From contig JACPNK010000006.1 in assembly GCA_016185525.1 (NCBI GenBank), positions 22,728 through 86,727 of the forward strand: a stretch of 64,000 nt of DNA, read 5' to 3'. Below the pieces are notes generated by a model. That model made no database searches. It saw nothing but the letters and a program-made list of their open reading frames with translations, and had not been told where the DNA came from. Below are positions 28,356 to 37,857 of this stretch, in pieces; positions within the stretch are counted from its first letter, which is position 1, and every line of letters begins with the position of its first letter. The position numbers and the translations under genes are program-made. This DNA comes from Candidatus Yanofskybacteria bacterium (GTDB lineage Bacteria; Patescibacteriota; Minisyncoccia; 2-02-FULL-40-12; IGHO2-12-FULL-4).

Positions 28356-29210
28356 TCAGAACTTCCGGGAGGCACCAACGCCCACGTTGCCGGCGCGACC
28401 GCCGTCCCAGCTATCGATGCGGAGGCCGCGCCCGTCGAAGCGGCCGACACACGAAACGTCGCCAGCGAAGGCCGAGTCGGTCTTCACTGTCCGCTCCGCG
28501 CAGGCTGCCCATTTGGATCCGTTGGGACGAACACCAGTCTTACGGAAGACGAGGATGTCCTTGGTCGTTTCCATTATCGTCGATGGCACTTCGTACTCGG
28601 GCGGAAGCATCGCCACCTGCTCTTCGGGCGTCTTGTTCGTCGAGTTAGGAACGATCTCCGTATGGAGCAGGTAATAGCGAAGCCGCATGGTCGCCACATC
28701 GGTGTGGGGCTGGCCTCCGTGCCAGGGGTTGCTGTTGAAGTAGAACTTCGGCTGGCCCGTTGCCGGATGCAACTGAAGCCACTTGGCCACCGTGAGAGGC
28801 GAACCGTTGATGGCGGTCAGGCCCAGGAATGCGAAGTGGCAGTCCTTCACCACCTTGCCGCAGAGCGGGCAGGTGGAATTGAGGATGTCCTCACCCCACG
28901 GGAACTTTCCGGCGTCGCGGATCTGCTTCTTCGTGAACTTGGCGTCGTAGTAGCTCATCCAGTCGGCAACATCGAAAATGTTGCGACCGAGAACCATACG
29001 AGCCATGCGCGATTCGATAGAACCGATGAGGCCTTTTCGCAACATCGCCTGAGCGATGCGGCGAGTGTACTCGCTGTCGGTGCGGAAGAGATCGAAGAGA
29101 TCGCGGGGATTGCCTCCCTCACTGGCAATCGCTTTCTCAAGCGACGCCACGCTTTCCTCGAACTCACCCTTGGTCATGGTCCAGAGACCGCTTGTCTTGG
29201 CTTGTGTCAT
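28356..29210 (-). CDS. DGR target protein 2 (variable C-terminus)
   Basis: GC-rich ORF; ATG at 29210 with GGAG RBS (the longer ORF to 29279 is unlikely); C-terminus DSAFAGDVSCVGRFDGRGLRIDSWDGGRAGNVGVGASRKF is VR2. Confidence 0.7.
   Translation of the reverse strand: MTQAKTSGLWTMTKGEFEESVASLEKAIASEGGNPRDLFDLFRTDSEYTRRIAQAMLRKGLIGSIESRMARMVLGRNIFDVADWMSYYDAKFTKKQIRDAGKFPWGEDILNSTCPLCGKVVKDCHFAFLGLTAINGSPLTVAKWLQLHPATGQPKFYFNSNPWHGGQPHTDVATMRLRYYLLHTEIVPNSTNKTPEEQVAMLPPEYEVPSTIMETTKDILVFRKTGVRPNGSKWAACAERTVKTDSAFAGDVSCVGRFDGRGLRIDSWDGGRAGNVGVGASRKF
28359..28475 (-). repeat. DGR variable region VR2
   Basis: Differs from TR2 almost only at positions that are A in the TR2 sense strand (T on plus). 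Confidence 0.75.
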
Positions 29211-29480
29211 AACACATCTCCTTTTTTTGTCGGTTTGCTCTCCATGTCCTTTAGGGACTCTTGAGAGCGGATGCCCCATGCCGTGGGGCTGCGGTCCTGC
29301 CTACCGGCAGGCAGGCTTGTCTCAGAAGTTGAGACAAGTATGCTGGAAACCATTGTTTAGGCATCCAAAATGCTTGTCTCAAGTAGAACCTTATTGTAAG
29401 GAACTACATCATAATTATATCATCTTGTAAGTGTGCCTGTCAATAGGGTATTTTACTCGGGACTAGGGAATGGACTGGGT

Positions 29481-31298
29481 TTACACTTCTATGACTACCG
29501 GCAAGACCATGGGTCTTTTTTCTGTTTTTTGGAAGAGAAACTTGCCGATTTCTTCGCGGAGATTGTCTTTAAGATAAGCGGTGTCAACCCTGCCGACAGC
29601 GCTGGTTTTTTCAACAACAAATCTGGCCTTCTTTCTGACTTGAGCAAGGAGTTCTTTGTTGTCTTTCAAATAAATAAAACCACGGGAGATGATATCCGGA
29701 CTGGTCAGTACTCGGCCGGTTTTTGTATCTATGAGAATGACTATGACAAACATACCGTCTTCGGCTAGAACTTGTCTGTCTCTCAAGACTACGTTGCCGA
29801 CATCGCCGATGCCTAAACCGTCGACTAGTATCGGATTGCTGGCGACCGTTCTTTTGTCAAACCACCACCTGATCTTATCTGAAATCGGGTTTTCTAAATC
29901 GGGGTTGCTTAGATGAATAACAGAGCCGTTGTCGGCAATAATGATGTTTTCTTCGGGAATTCCTTTGGTCTGGCCTATTTCTGAATGGCTGACCATCATT
30001 GAATATTGTCCATGGATTGGCATGAGGATTTTTGGGTTCATAACTTCCATCATGTGTCCCAAGTCTTCTCTCTGAGCATGTCCGCCGGCGTGTATGTCCA
30101 TCATTTGGTAGTGGTAAACTTTCATGCCTGCTCTGTAAAACATATCTTTTAAATTTTGCACGGCTCTTTCATTGCCCGGCACGGTGGAAGAGGAAAAAAT
30201 CAAAGAGTCTTTTTTAATCAGACGAATAAAACGGTGTTCATGGTTGGCAATACGCATCAAAGCGGCGTTGCTTTGTCCCTGCGCGCCGGTGGCGATGACT
30301 GTAATTTTAGACCGAGGATAATCATTTACCTGATTGGATGTAATCTGGGTGTCTTTTTGCATTTTTATATAACCCAGCTCCTTGGCTATTTCAACGTTTG
30401 ACTTCATGCTGTAGCCTTCAAAAACAACCTTCCGGCCGTATTTTTCCGAAAGCCAGACTATTTGCTGGATACGGTCAACCATGGAAGCAAAAGTTCCAAA
30501 GACAATCATCTGCTTTGATTCTCTGAAAATCAGCTCCATGTTGTCCATGATAGTTTTTTCTGAAATTGAGTGGCCTTCTCTTTCTGCGCCGGTTGAGTCG
30601 GCCATTAAGACTGATACGCCTCTTCTGCCGAGTTCTCTTAGGTGGTCAAGGTTTATGGGTTGGCCGTTGGTGGGCGAATGGTCAAACTTAAAATCAGCCG
30701 TATGAACTATTGTTGCTTTGGGTGTTTTGATGAATAAAGCAAGGTCGTCAGGTATGTTGTGGTTAACATGAAAAAATTCAACTTCAAAATAGTCTCCGAA
30801 TTTTGCGGTGTCATCGGCTTTTACGATATGGAATTTTAGTTTTGGCAAATGGGGGAATTCTTCATGTCTTTTGGCGACGATGCCTCTGGTCAAAGCGCCT
30901 CCGTAAATATCCGGATTGCCAAGTTTTTCCAGCAAGTAGGGCAGAGCGCCGATATGGTCCATGTGGCCGTGAGTTAAAATCAAGCCTCTTATATTCCCTC
31001 TTTTTCTTTCCAGATATTCGGTGTTGGGGATAATGTAATCTATCCCCAAGTGGTCTTCGTCGGGAAACTTAAAACCGGCATCAATTACCAATATGTCGTC
31101 TTTGTATTCCAGGAGACACATATTTTTTCCTATCTCGCCGAGTCCGCCCAGGGGAATAATTTTAAGAGTTTCTTCCCCGTGGTCGGAGGTCATTTTTGTC
31201 GGTCCTAAAGCTGGGGGAGTTCTCCTCGCGGGGCGCGGATTGGGAGATCTTTTCCAAGAAGATCTTCTTGGTTTTTTAGCTGTAGTTGTTTCTATCAT
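29481..31298 (-). CDS. rnj: ribonuclease J (beta-CASP metallo-beta-lactamase)
   Basis: LKIIPLGGLGEIGKNM; HGHMDHIGALPYL; beta-CASP region. Confidence 0.85.
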   Translation of the reverse strand: MIETTTAKKPRRSSWKRSPNPRPARRTPPALGPTKMTSDHGEETLKIIPLGGLGEIGKNMCLLEYKDDILVIDAGFKFPDEDHLGIDYIIPNTEYLERKRGNIRGLILTHGHMDHIGALPYLLEKLGNPDIYGGALTRGIVAKRHEEFPHLPKLKFHIVKADDTAKFGDYFEVEFFHVNHNIPDDLALFIKTPKATIVHTADFKFDHSPTNGQPINLDHLRELGRRGVSVLMADSTGAEREGHSISEKTIMDNMELIFRESKQMIVFGTFASMVDRIQQIVWLSEKYGRKVVFEGYSMKSNVEIAKELGYIKMQKDTQITSNQVNDYPRSKITVIATGAQGQSNAALMRIANHEHRFIRLIKKDSLIFSSSTVPGNERAVQNLKDMFYRAGMKVYHYQMMDIHAGGHAQREDLGHMMEVMNPKILMPIHGQYSMMVSHSEIGQTKGIPEENIIIADNGSVIHLSNPDLENPISDKIRWWFDKRTVASNPILVDGLGIGDVGNVVLRDRQVLAEDGMFVIVILIDTKTGRVLTSPDIISRGFIYLKDNKELLAQVRKKARFVVEKTSAVGRVDTAYLKDNLREEIGKFLFQKTEKRPMVLPVVIEV

Positions 31299-31350
31299 AA
31301 ATTAAAAAATTGAATTAAATTTAGAGATGTTTAAAACTATTTATTTTTTT

Positions 31351-31455
31351 GGTGCAGTATTCTTGAATTAGTCCGAACGCATTTCGCCGCCACAGGCGGC
31401 GAGGAAGTCCCCTCGCGAAAATTCGGAAAGGCGGCGGAGCCACACCGCTGACAAT
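31351..31455. repeat. att-like site L (core GGTGC + arm), inverted copy of 32408-32512
   Basis: Reverse-complement identity to the central block. Confidence 0.7.
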
Positions 31456-31490
31456 TTCAAGTTTTTCTTTGGCGGCAAGTTCTTTAAAAA

Positions 31491-32304
31491 CTATTTAGTA
31501 AATTTGAAAGTTGAAAAAACTTGCGATAGATAATTAAATAATTTTGTTTTATCTAATTCATCTAGCTGTTTCTTTTCGGATGAACTGATTCCTGTATAAA
31601 GTTCTAGGGCGATCCAGTAGCATCTTTCGTTGCGATAGGTTCTGTAAGCTTGTTCGCGACGATTACCAAGATCGATATCGTCATAGGCGTAATCAGTTCC
31701 GTTAACCGATACTTGGGTTGTGTTTTTTTCCATGTAGACCGTTGCTAAACAATCTTTTTGGGATGTATCCTTTTCTGGCACAACTTGCAAAAGCGCGGCG
31801 TCGAGATTTGTGTTTACAAATTCGTCCCCCGTATAGAAAAGGCAAATTGCACTTTTAGGGCTACAATAAGACGTTCCGTCGACCATTGAAAAAGATTTTT
31901 GTTGGTTGGGTCTCAGATCTGTCGAAAGGGTGTAAAACTTTTCCGGGAACTTAAATTCAAAACCGTAATCACGATTATCATAAGCTCTCCAGCTTACCAA
32001 CTGGTCCTGTGACGGTGGTTGCGTATTAAATGCTTCTCTTTTTCGAAAAAGAGTGTTCCCTAAGTCAAGGCTAAATAGGAGTTGAGAGATAAAAAAAACA
32101 ACTAAAAGTGAGAACAAAATCCAATGCCATTTTTTAGTAAAACCACCTCTAACCGCAACCAATGTTCCCCAGACAATCAGCCCGCCTATTGGTATCAATC
32201 GAGCAAGCGATAAATTACCTTTCAGTAAGAAGTATATTGCTAAAGCAGAAGCCACCAGTAAAAGCAAGGCTATAACACCAGCAAATTTTCTATTTTGGTT
32301 CATA
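31491..32304 (-). CDS. hypothetical secreted/membrane protein
   Basis: Start MNQNRKFAGVIALLLLVASALAIYF; the longer table ORF to 32738 reads through the repeat block and is likely spurious. Confidence 0.5.
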
Positions 32305-32407
32305 TAATTATTGTACAAACTTAATTTCGACCTTATGATTAAAAAATTTTCTTCCCCCAAAATTAAAACATGGTTCGAGCCGATGTTTTTCTCCGGGCTC
32401 TTTTGCG

Positions 32408-32608
32408 GTTTTGAGCGGTGCAGCTCCGCCGCCTTTCCGAATTTTCGCGAGGGGACTTCCTCGCCGCCTGTGGCGGCGAAATGCGTTCGGACTAATTCAA
32501 GAATACTGCACCAGACAGGAAATTGCAAGTTTGAAAGGTTTGCCTCGCTTCGCTCGGCGACTAATTCGTATTGGATTTTCGGGGCAAAAAAGAATTGGCG
32601 ATTTTGCA
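32408..32608. repeat. central att-like block (inverted attP-like): arm X' + core GCACC (32508-32512) + arm Y
   Basis: Left half is the reverse complement of 31351-31455; right half is the reverse complement of 34011-34112. Confidence 0.7.
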
Positions 32609-32651
32609 TTTTGGGGGAAGAAAATTTTTTAATCCTTAATCCAAAAACAAT

Positions 32652-34160
32652 ATGAAATATATACTTTACGCTCGTAAATCTACCGAGGAGGATGACCGAC
32701 AAGTGCTTTCGATTCAAGCGCAACTCGAAGAGTTGCAAGAGTATGCCGCCAAAGAAAAACTTGAAATTGTCGCCTCGTTTTGCGAGGCGAAAACCGCAAA
32801 AGAGCCCGGGCGAATTAAATTCGCTGAAATGTTGTCATTGATTGAGAAGGGGAAAGCAGACGGAATTATTTCTTGGCACCCCGATAGATTGGCTCGTAAT
32901 TCTGTGGACGGAGGGAAGATTATTCATTTCGTAGATCGTGGCTTGATTCATTCCCTAAAATTTCCCACTTTCTGGTTCGAGGCAACACCACAAGGTTTGT
33001 TTATGCTTCAGATTGCTTTCGGTCAATCAAAATATTTTGTAGATAATTTGCGAGAGAATGTGAAGCGCGGTTTGCGACAAAAGATACGAAATGGAACATG
33101 GCCCGGTTGGGCTCCGGTTGGCTACCTAAATAACCCTAAAACCCGTGGTATAGACATTGATGTGGACAAAGCACCTAAAGTGCTAAAAATGTTTGAACTG
33201 TATGCCACCGGAGCGCATACGCTCCACTCTCTCGCAAAATGGTGCGATAACAATAACCTACGCGGCAATCTTGGGAAAAAACTTGTTATCGCAAATATAC
33301 AGAAAAATCTACAAAATATTTTCTATCTCGGTTTGATGAAGTGGAAAAGGGAAATTTTTGAGGGAAAACACGAGCCGTTAATCTCAAAGAAACTTTTTGA
33401 TAAATGTCAGGAAGTTATGGCGAAACGCGGTAAAGTGCAGGAGGTTCGCAAACATCATTTTGCTTTTCTTGGCCTTTTAAAATGTGCCTCTTGTGGTTGC
33501 TCAATCACCGGAGAGCGACAGAAAGGACATAATTACTATCGTTGCACGAAAAAGAAAGGGCCATGCCAAGAAAAGCATTATCTCCGCGAGGAAGTGTTAA
33601 CCGAGCAGATCAAAAACTTCTTGCAAAAAGTTTCTTTGTCGAGCCAAGACACCGAGAAAGTTTTGGCGGCGTTGGATAGCGAACAGGATAAAGCACGGCA
33701 AGATGCACAAGGCGAGATTAGTATTTTGAAAGAGCAATTAGGAGAGGTTGAAACAAAACTTCAAAAACTATTAGACATCTATCTTGCCGACACTTTATCC
33801 ACAGAAGAATATGCCGCCAAAAAGAAAAGTTTGCTGTATCAAAAAATGTCTTTGAATGAGAAAATCACCGACTTTGAGACAAAAGGATTGTCTTGGCTCG
33901 AACCGGCTCGTGATTTCGTTTTATCTTTGAATCAAGCCACGAATCTGCTTTCCCCTCCCAATCTTTCTGGAATGACAACATTTCTAAAAAACATCGGCTC
34001 GAACCATGTTTTGCAAAATCGCCAATTCTTTTTTGCCCCGAAAATCCAATACGAATTAGTCGCCGAGCGAAGCGAGGCAAACCTTTCAAACTTGCAATTT
34101 CCTGTCTGGTGCCCAGGGGGAGATTTGAACTCCCACGCTCTTACGAGCACACGGCCCTGA
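32652..34160 (+). CDS. large serine recombinase (integrase-type)
   Basis: N-terminal resolvase domain YARKSTEEDDRQ (catalytic Ser), zinc ribbon CASCGC...CTKKKGPC, coiled-coil; the 3' end reads through att site R into tRNA-Leu, so the true C-terminus is uncertain. Confidence 0.8.
   Translation: MKYILYARKSTEEDDRQVLSIQAQLEELQEYAAKEKLEIVASFCEAKTAKEPGRIKFAEMLSLIEKGKADGIISWHPDRLARNSVDGGKIIHFVDRGLIHSLKFPTFWFEATPQGLFMLQIAFGQSKYFVDNLRENVKRGLRQKIRNGTWPGWAPVGYLNNPKTRGIDIDVDKAPKVLKMFELYATGAHTLHSLAKWCDNNNLRGNLGKKLVIANIQKNLQNIFYLGLMKWKREIFEGKHEPLISKKLFDKCQEVMAKRGKVQEVRKHHFAFLGLLKCASCGCSITGERQKGHNYYRCTKKKGPCQEKHYLREEVLTEQIKNFLQKVSLSSQDTEKVLAALDSEQDKARQDAQGEISILKEQLGEVETKLQKLLDIYLADTLSTEEYAAKKKSLLYQKMSLNEKITDFETKGLSWLEPARDFVLSLNQATNLLSPPNLSGMTTFLKNIGSNHVLQNRQFFFAPKIQYELVAERSEANLSNLQFPVWCPGGDLNSHALTSTRP
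34011..34112. repeat. att-like site R (arm Y inverted + core GGTGC overlapping the tRNA-Leu 3' end)
   Basis: Reverse-complement identity to 32508-32608. Confidence 0.7.
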
Positions 34161-34193
34161 ACCGTGAATGTCTGCCAATTTCATCACCTGGGC
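34107..34193 (-). tRNA. tRNA-Leu (anticodon CAG), CCA encoded
   Basis: GCCCAGG acceptor stem, anticodon stem-loop CACGG-TTCAGGG-CCGTG, long variable arm, T-arm GGGAGTTCAAATCTCCC, 3' CCTGGGCACCA. Confidence 0.85.
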
Positions 34194-34207
34194 TTTTGCG
34201 ATGCGGT

Positions 34208-35140
34208 TTAGAGTTTTTTAAAACTCTCAATTATTTCCGTGGAGTCGGGGTCAACTCCCAGTTGTTGGGCGAGTTGAGCTGATGTTGTGGAAGCTAAAAT
34301 GTATTGGCCAAGTACTTTTTCCAGACGGGTTTTGCCCTCAATTTTAATCAATACATTCTCTGTGTTATATTTTTTCAGGAATTTATAAAATTTTTCTAAA
34401 TTAAGTCGGTCTGTCGTTTCTTCTTCGGAATCTTCTAAAATCAAATAGAAAAACCTTTGATCTTTTTCTTTTACTCCGGCTATTTCGTTGTGTACTGCTT
34501 CGGGCAGGAAACTTGCAAAAGCGTGGATTTTAGAGTTCTCATTAAAAAACTTTTTCCAAAATAGTCCGAGAAATCTCCAAGAGTAAGAAGAATATATAAT
34601 AGGAGTTTTTGCGCCTATGGCTTCAGAGATGCTGGCACCAAAGCCAAAATTATCCTTTTCTTGGGAGAATAGCGGAGAGTTAAAAGTACTTTCAATTATA
34701 TCAGAGTGGGAAAATAAAGTCAACGTGGAGGCCAGCATTGAACCAAAGGCGTTTCTGGGGTTGAGGTTTTGGTTGGGGAGCAGGATTAAGATTACGCCGT
34801 CTTTTCGGGCCAGTTCGGCAAGTCTGCCGCCGCTGGTTATAACTACTGTTTTAATATTTTTTTCCATAGCCGATTCATACGAGGCGATGGTTTCTTCGGT
34901 GTTGCCGGACCAGGAAGTGCATATGACCAGATGTTCTTTTGATGCCCAGTGGGGGAGATGGCGCGCGCGGTTTATATAGACTGCGATATCTTCCAACCAA
35001 AGCATTGAGATGGCTTCGGCAGGCATAATTGAACCGCCCATTCCGCAGAAAATTATACGGGAATAATCCGAAGGATTAATCGGAGTTATTCTTTTGGCAA
35101 CATTTAAGCCGTCTATTAGTTGTTGTCTAACTTGGACCAT
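34208..35140 (-). CDS. bifunctional phosphoglucose/phosphomannose isomerase (SIS domain)
   Basis: IIFCGMGGSIMPAE, ICTSWSGNTEET SIS motifs. Confidence 0.7.
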   Translation of the reverse strand: MVQVRQQLIDGLNVAKRITPINPSDYSRIIFCGMGGSIMPAEAISMLWLEDIAVYINRARHLPHWASKEHLVICTSWSGNTEETIASYESAMEKNIKTVVITSGGRLAELARKDGVILILLPNQNLNPRNAFGSMLASTLTLFSHSDIIESTFNSPLFSQEKDNFGFGASISEAIGAKTPIIYSSYSWRFLGLFWKKFFNENSKIHAFASFLPEAVHNEIAGVKEKDQRFFYLILEDSEEETTDRLNLEKFYKFLKKYNTENVLIKIEGKTRLEKVLGQYILASTTSAQLAQQLGVDPDSTEIIESFKKL

Positions 35141-35297
35141 TTGTTTTTTAGAGTTATGAGTTAGAATTTCTAATTAATCTAATTATTTTAATCAAGCTCC
35201 AAACCCCAATAACTAATAATTGAAATCTTTTTTTGGGATTTGGTAATTGGGAATTGTTTAGATCAATTAGATTAACTAGAAATTAGAAATTTTATTT

Positions 35298-37127
35298 TCA
35301 TCTTCTTACCCTCTTTGTTTCTATGTACCATTGGCTTATATTATCAAATCTGGCCGACGGGATTGAGAGTATTTCTGTCTGGTTGCCTTTGATTTTTTTG
35401 CTGGGCAGATATAGGTAGTAAGGCGAGTAAAGGAATATGGCAGGTGCGTCTTCCAACAAGATTTTTTCAAAATCTTCGTACTTTTTAATCCTTTCCGAGG
35501 TGTTGAAAATTTGTCTGCCCTCTTCAAGAATTTTATCAGCGGTCTTGTTGTCATACAAGGCCAGGTTTAAACCCGGATCTTTTTTCTGCGATGAATGCCA
35601 GAAGCTGTATGGGTCAAAGTCAAGACCCAGAACTTCTCCAAAAAGCAGGACTTCATAATCACGGTCTCTGATGGATTGCTGTATTTCTGTTAAAGTCTCA
35701 ACTTTTACGCTGACTTTAAACCCGACTTCTTCCCACTGTTTTTTCAAGATTTCCGCCGCCTTGCTAAGATCAGAAGAATGAGAAGTTTTTATCTCAATCA
35801 CCGCTTCATCTTTTGGCTCTGTTTGGCTTTTTTTTGCCGGTTCTTTTTCCCTGAATCCGTCGCCGTCAGAGTCTTTCCAGCCGCTGTTTTCAAGGATTTG
35901 CTTGGCAAATTCTTTGTCATAAGCGTATTTTTGAGCAGTTTCTTGCTGTTGGGTTAGTTCCTTTAGTATCGGTGAATTTATAATTAGGCCTTTTTGGTCC
36001 AGCACTTTGTCCAGCAATTCTTGTTTGTCGGTAGCGTAGTTAATGGCCAGACGGATGTTTTTATCGGTTAGGACCTTGCTTTGGTTTTGATTAAAAAAGG
36101 CGGCGAAATATCTGGGCAACCGAATTTTTTGCGGAGAGAGTTTCTGGCTGAACTTAAGGTTTTTAATTTTTTCCGTGGATAAAAATCCTATACCCTCAAC
36201 CATGTTGCTGTTATAAGCCCGCACGAGTTCGTCTTCGGAGTTAAAAAATTTAAATGTAAGGTTTTTAATGAACGGTTTCTGTCCGTGGTAATTTTCATAA
36301 GCCGTTAATTCGTAGCTTGTGGTTGAGCCGTTGGAATCTTTTTTTAATTTTTTAAATTTGTATGGGCCGGAACCTATGGGTTTAAGATTGAGCTCGGAGA
36401 AAGAAAACAGGCTGGGCTTTACGTTTTCCCATAGATGCTTAGGCAGGATGCCTAAAGTTGTGTTATTTAGAAACTGGGCATATTTATTTTTTAGTTTCAA
36501 CTTGATTGTGTAGTCGTTTATTTTTTCAATCTCCACTCCTTGCCAGTTTATTCTTTGGATACTGCCATAGTCGTTATTCTGTAAAATCCCGAGAGTGAAA
36601 ATCACGTCATCGGCGTTAAGAGGCAAGCCGTCGTGCCACTTGATATTTTTTTTAAGTACAAAGGTATACTCCAGCTGGTTATCCGATATTTCATAAGATT
36701 CAGCCATATCGGGTACAATATTGCCCGATTGGTCGTATTTCATAAGCGAGGAATAAATGACTTCAGATATGTCTCTATCTGCGTCGTTGGCCTGAATTAA
36801 AAGAGGGTTTATATATTGAGGCGTTCCCAACAAGCCCTCTGAATAAGAACCGCCGAAATCCGGCACGGGCTGTGTTATGTGGTAAAAAAATCCCAGGGGA
36901 ATATAAAGCAGTGAGAAAAGACCGGCTGACAGAAAAAGCAAAATTAAATAACGCTCTTTTTTGGAAAGAACCTGCGGAAGCAGACGAAGTTGATTTTTTG
37001 ACGGCAGGCTGTTTTTAAAACGTTGCCAAAAACCGGGCCTTTCGGTCTTTCTTTTATTTGAGGAATCGTTTTTATTTGGAGACGAGCTGGTATAAAACTC
37101 GTCAATCTGGTTGTCTAAGTTTGGCAT
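35298..37127 (-). CDS. ABC transporter substrate-binding protein, family 5 (peptide/nickel type)
   Basis: N-terminal TM anchor; SBP-5 features (WHDGLPLNADDVIFTL). Confidence 0.7.
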   Translation of the reverse strand: MPNLDNQIDEFYTSSSPNKNDSSNKRKTERPGFWQRFKNSLPSKNQLRLLPQVLSKKERYLILLFLSAGLFSLLYIPLGFFYHITQPVPDFGGSYSEGLLGTPQYINPLLIQANDADRDISEVIYSSLMKYDQSGNIVPDMAESYEISDNQLEYTFVLKKNIKWHDGLPLNADDVIFTLGILQNNDYGSIQRINWQGVEIEKINDYTIKLKLKNKYAQFLNNTTLGILPKHLWENVKPSLFSFSELNLKPIGSGPYKFKKLKKDSNGSTTSYELTAYENYHGQKPFIKNLTFKFFNSEDELVRAYNSNMVEGIGFLSTEKIKNLKFSQKLSPQKIRLPRYFAAFFNQNQSKVLTDKNIRLAINYATDKQELLDKVLDQKGLIINSPILKELTQQQETAQKYAYDKEFAKQILENSGWKDSDGDGFREKEPAKKSQTEPKDEAVIEIKTSHSSDLSKAAEILKKQWEEVGFKVSVKVETLTEIQQSIRDRDYEVLLFGEVLGLDFDPYSFWHSSQKKDPGLNLALYDNKTADKILEEGRQIFNTSERIKKYEDFEKILLEDAPAIFLYSPYYLYLPSKKIKGNQTEILSIPSARFDNISQWYIETKRVRR

Positions 37128-37149
37128 GAGAAAAAACGAGCTTTCAAAA

Positions 37150-37368
37150 CTAAAGCCTGATTCTGACGACCGACAGGATTATAAAGACTGCCGCCAAGAA
37201 AATAGTGGCGTAAAAAAGAACTTTTTCCATACCCCGTCGGGTGCTGTAGACATTGCCGCCGTCCGAGCCGAAAGCCGATCCCAGTCCGGAACCTTTTTGT
37301 TGGAGAAGAATAGTGATTATTAAAAGAAAAGAAACAGCAATTTGTATTATCGTAAGAGTTTTAGTCAT
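37150..37368 (-). CDS. secG: preprotein translocase subunit SecG
   Basis: LLQQKGSGLGSAFGSDGG motif; two TM helices. Confidence 0.75.
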   Translation of the reverse strand: MTKTLTIIQIAVSFLLIITILLQQKGSGLGSAFGSDGGNVYSTRRGMEKVLFYATIFLAAVFIILSVVRIRL

Positions 37369-37723
37369 TTTGGCTGGTTAGGGCTTTTGAAGCGGTTGTG
37401 ATGATTACATTTACAAAAGAAATAATTATTGTGGACCAAATCAAGGCGCCGGAAGTCTGAATAACGACAAAGTCTAAAAAGTAAGACACGAGCCACAACA
37501 AAAAGCCGTTGATAATTAAACTGAAAATACCCAGAGTGAGAATTATGATCGGAGCCGAAACAAATTTTAGAATAGGCTTAACAGTCAGATTAAGCAAGCC
37601 CAAAACCAAACCGGCTAATACAAATCCAGCTATGCCTCTGTTGATAACAAGTCCCGGCACCAAGAGGTAAGCCACCCAAAGGGCAATTGAATTTGAAAAA
37701 AGCCTTATAATAAAAGAAGCCAT
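37361..37723 (-). CDS. DUF360/YvlD-like (phage holin 4 family) membrane protein
   Basis: Four TM helices; GFLLWLVSYFLDF pattern. Confidence 0.5.
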   Translation of the reverse strand: MASFIIRLFSNSIALWVAYLLVPGLVINRGIAGFVLAGLVLGLLNLTVKPILKFVSAPIIILTLGIFSLIINGFLLWLVSYFLDFVVIQTSGALIWSTIIISFVNVIITTASKALTSQND

Positions 37724-37756
37724 AGGCTAAATATATGGTAGCAAATATGACCTGTT

Positions 37757-37802
37757 TTAGCAACTACAACTGTGGGACGTTCAACGTCCCACAGTTGTAG
37801 TT
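37757..37802. terminator. long perfect hairpin terminator
   Basis: GCAACTACAACTGTGGGACG-TTCAA-CGTCCCACAGTTGTAGTTGC. Confidence 0.7.
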
Positions 37803-37857
37803 GCCGGGTATGCTGGGTAAGGGAAGCAATAAAAAAGAGGCTTTGTGCCTCTGTTGT

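Noticed and set aside
28662-29264. 200 aa plus-strand ORF inside DGR target 2
   Set aside because: It is an antisense ORF created by the high GC content of the target gene; the minus-strand gene has the RBS and the VR.
31491-32738. Long form (415 aa) of the minus-strand ORF reading through the central att-like block
   Set aside because: The N-terminal 145 aa are encoded by the inverted repeats and duplicate the recombinase C-terminal peptide. An internal ATG at 32304 followed by a signal peptide is the plausible start.
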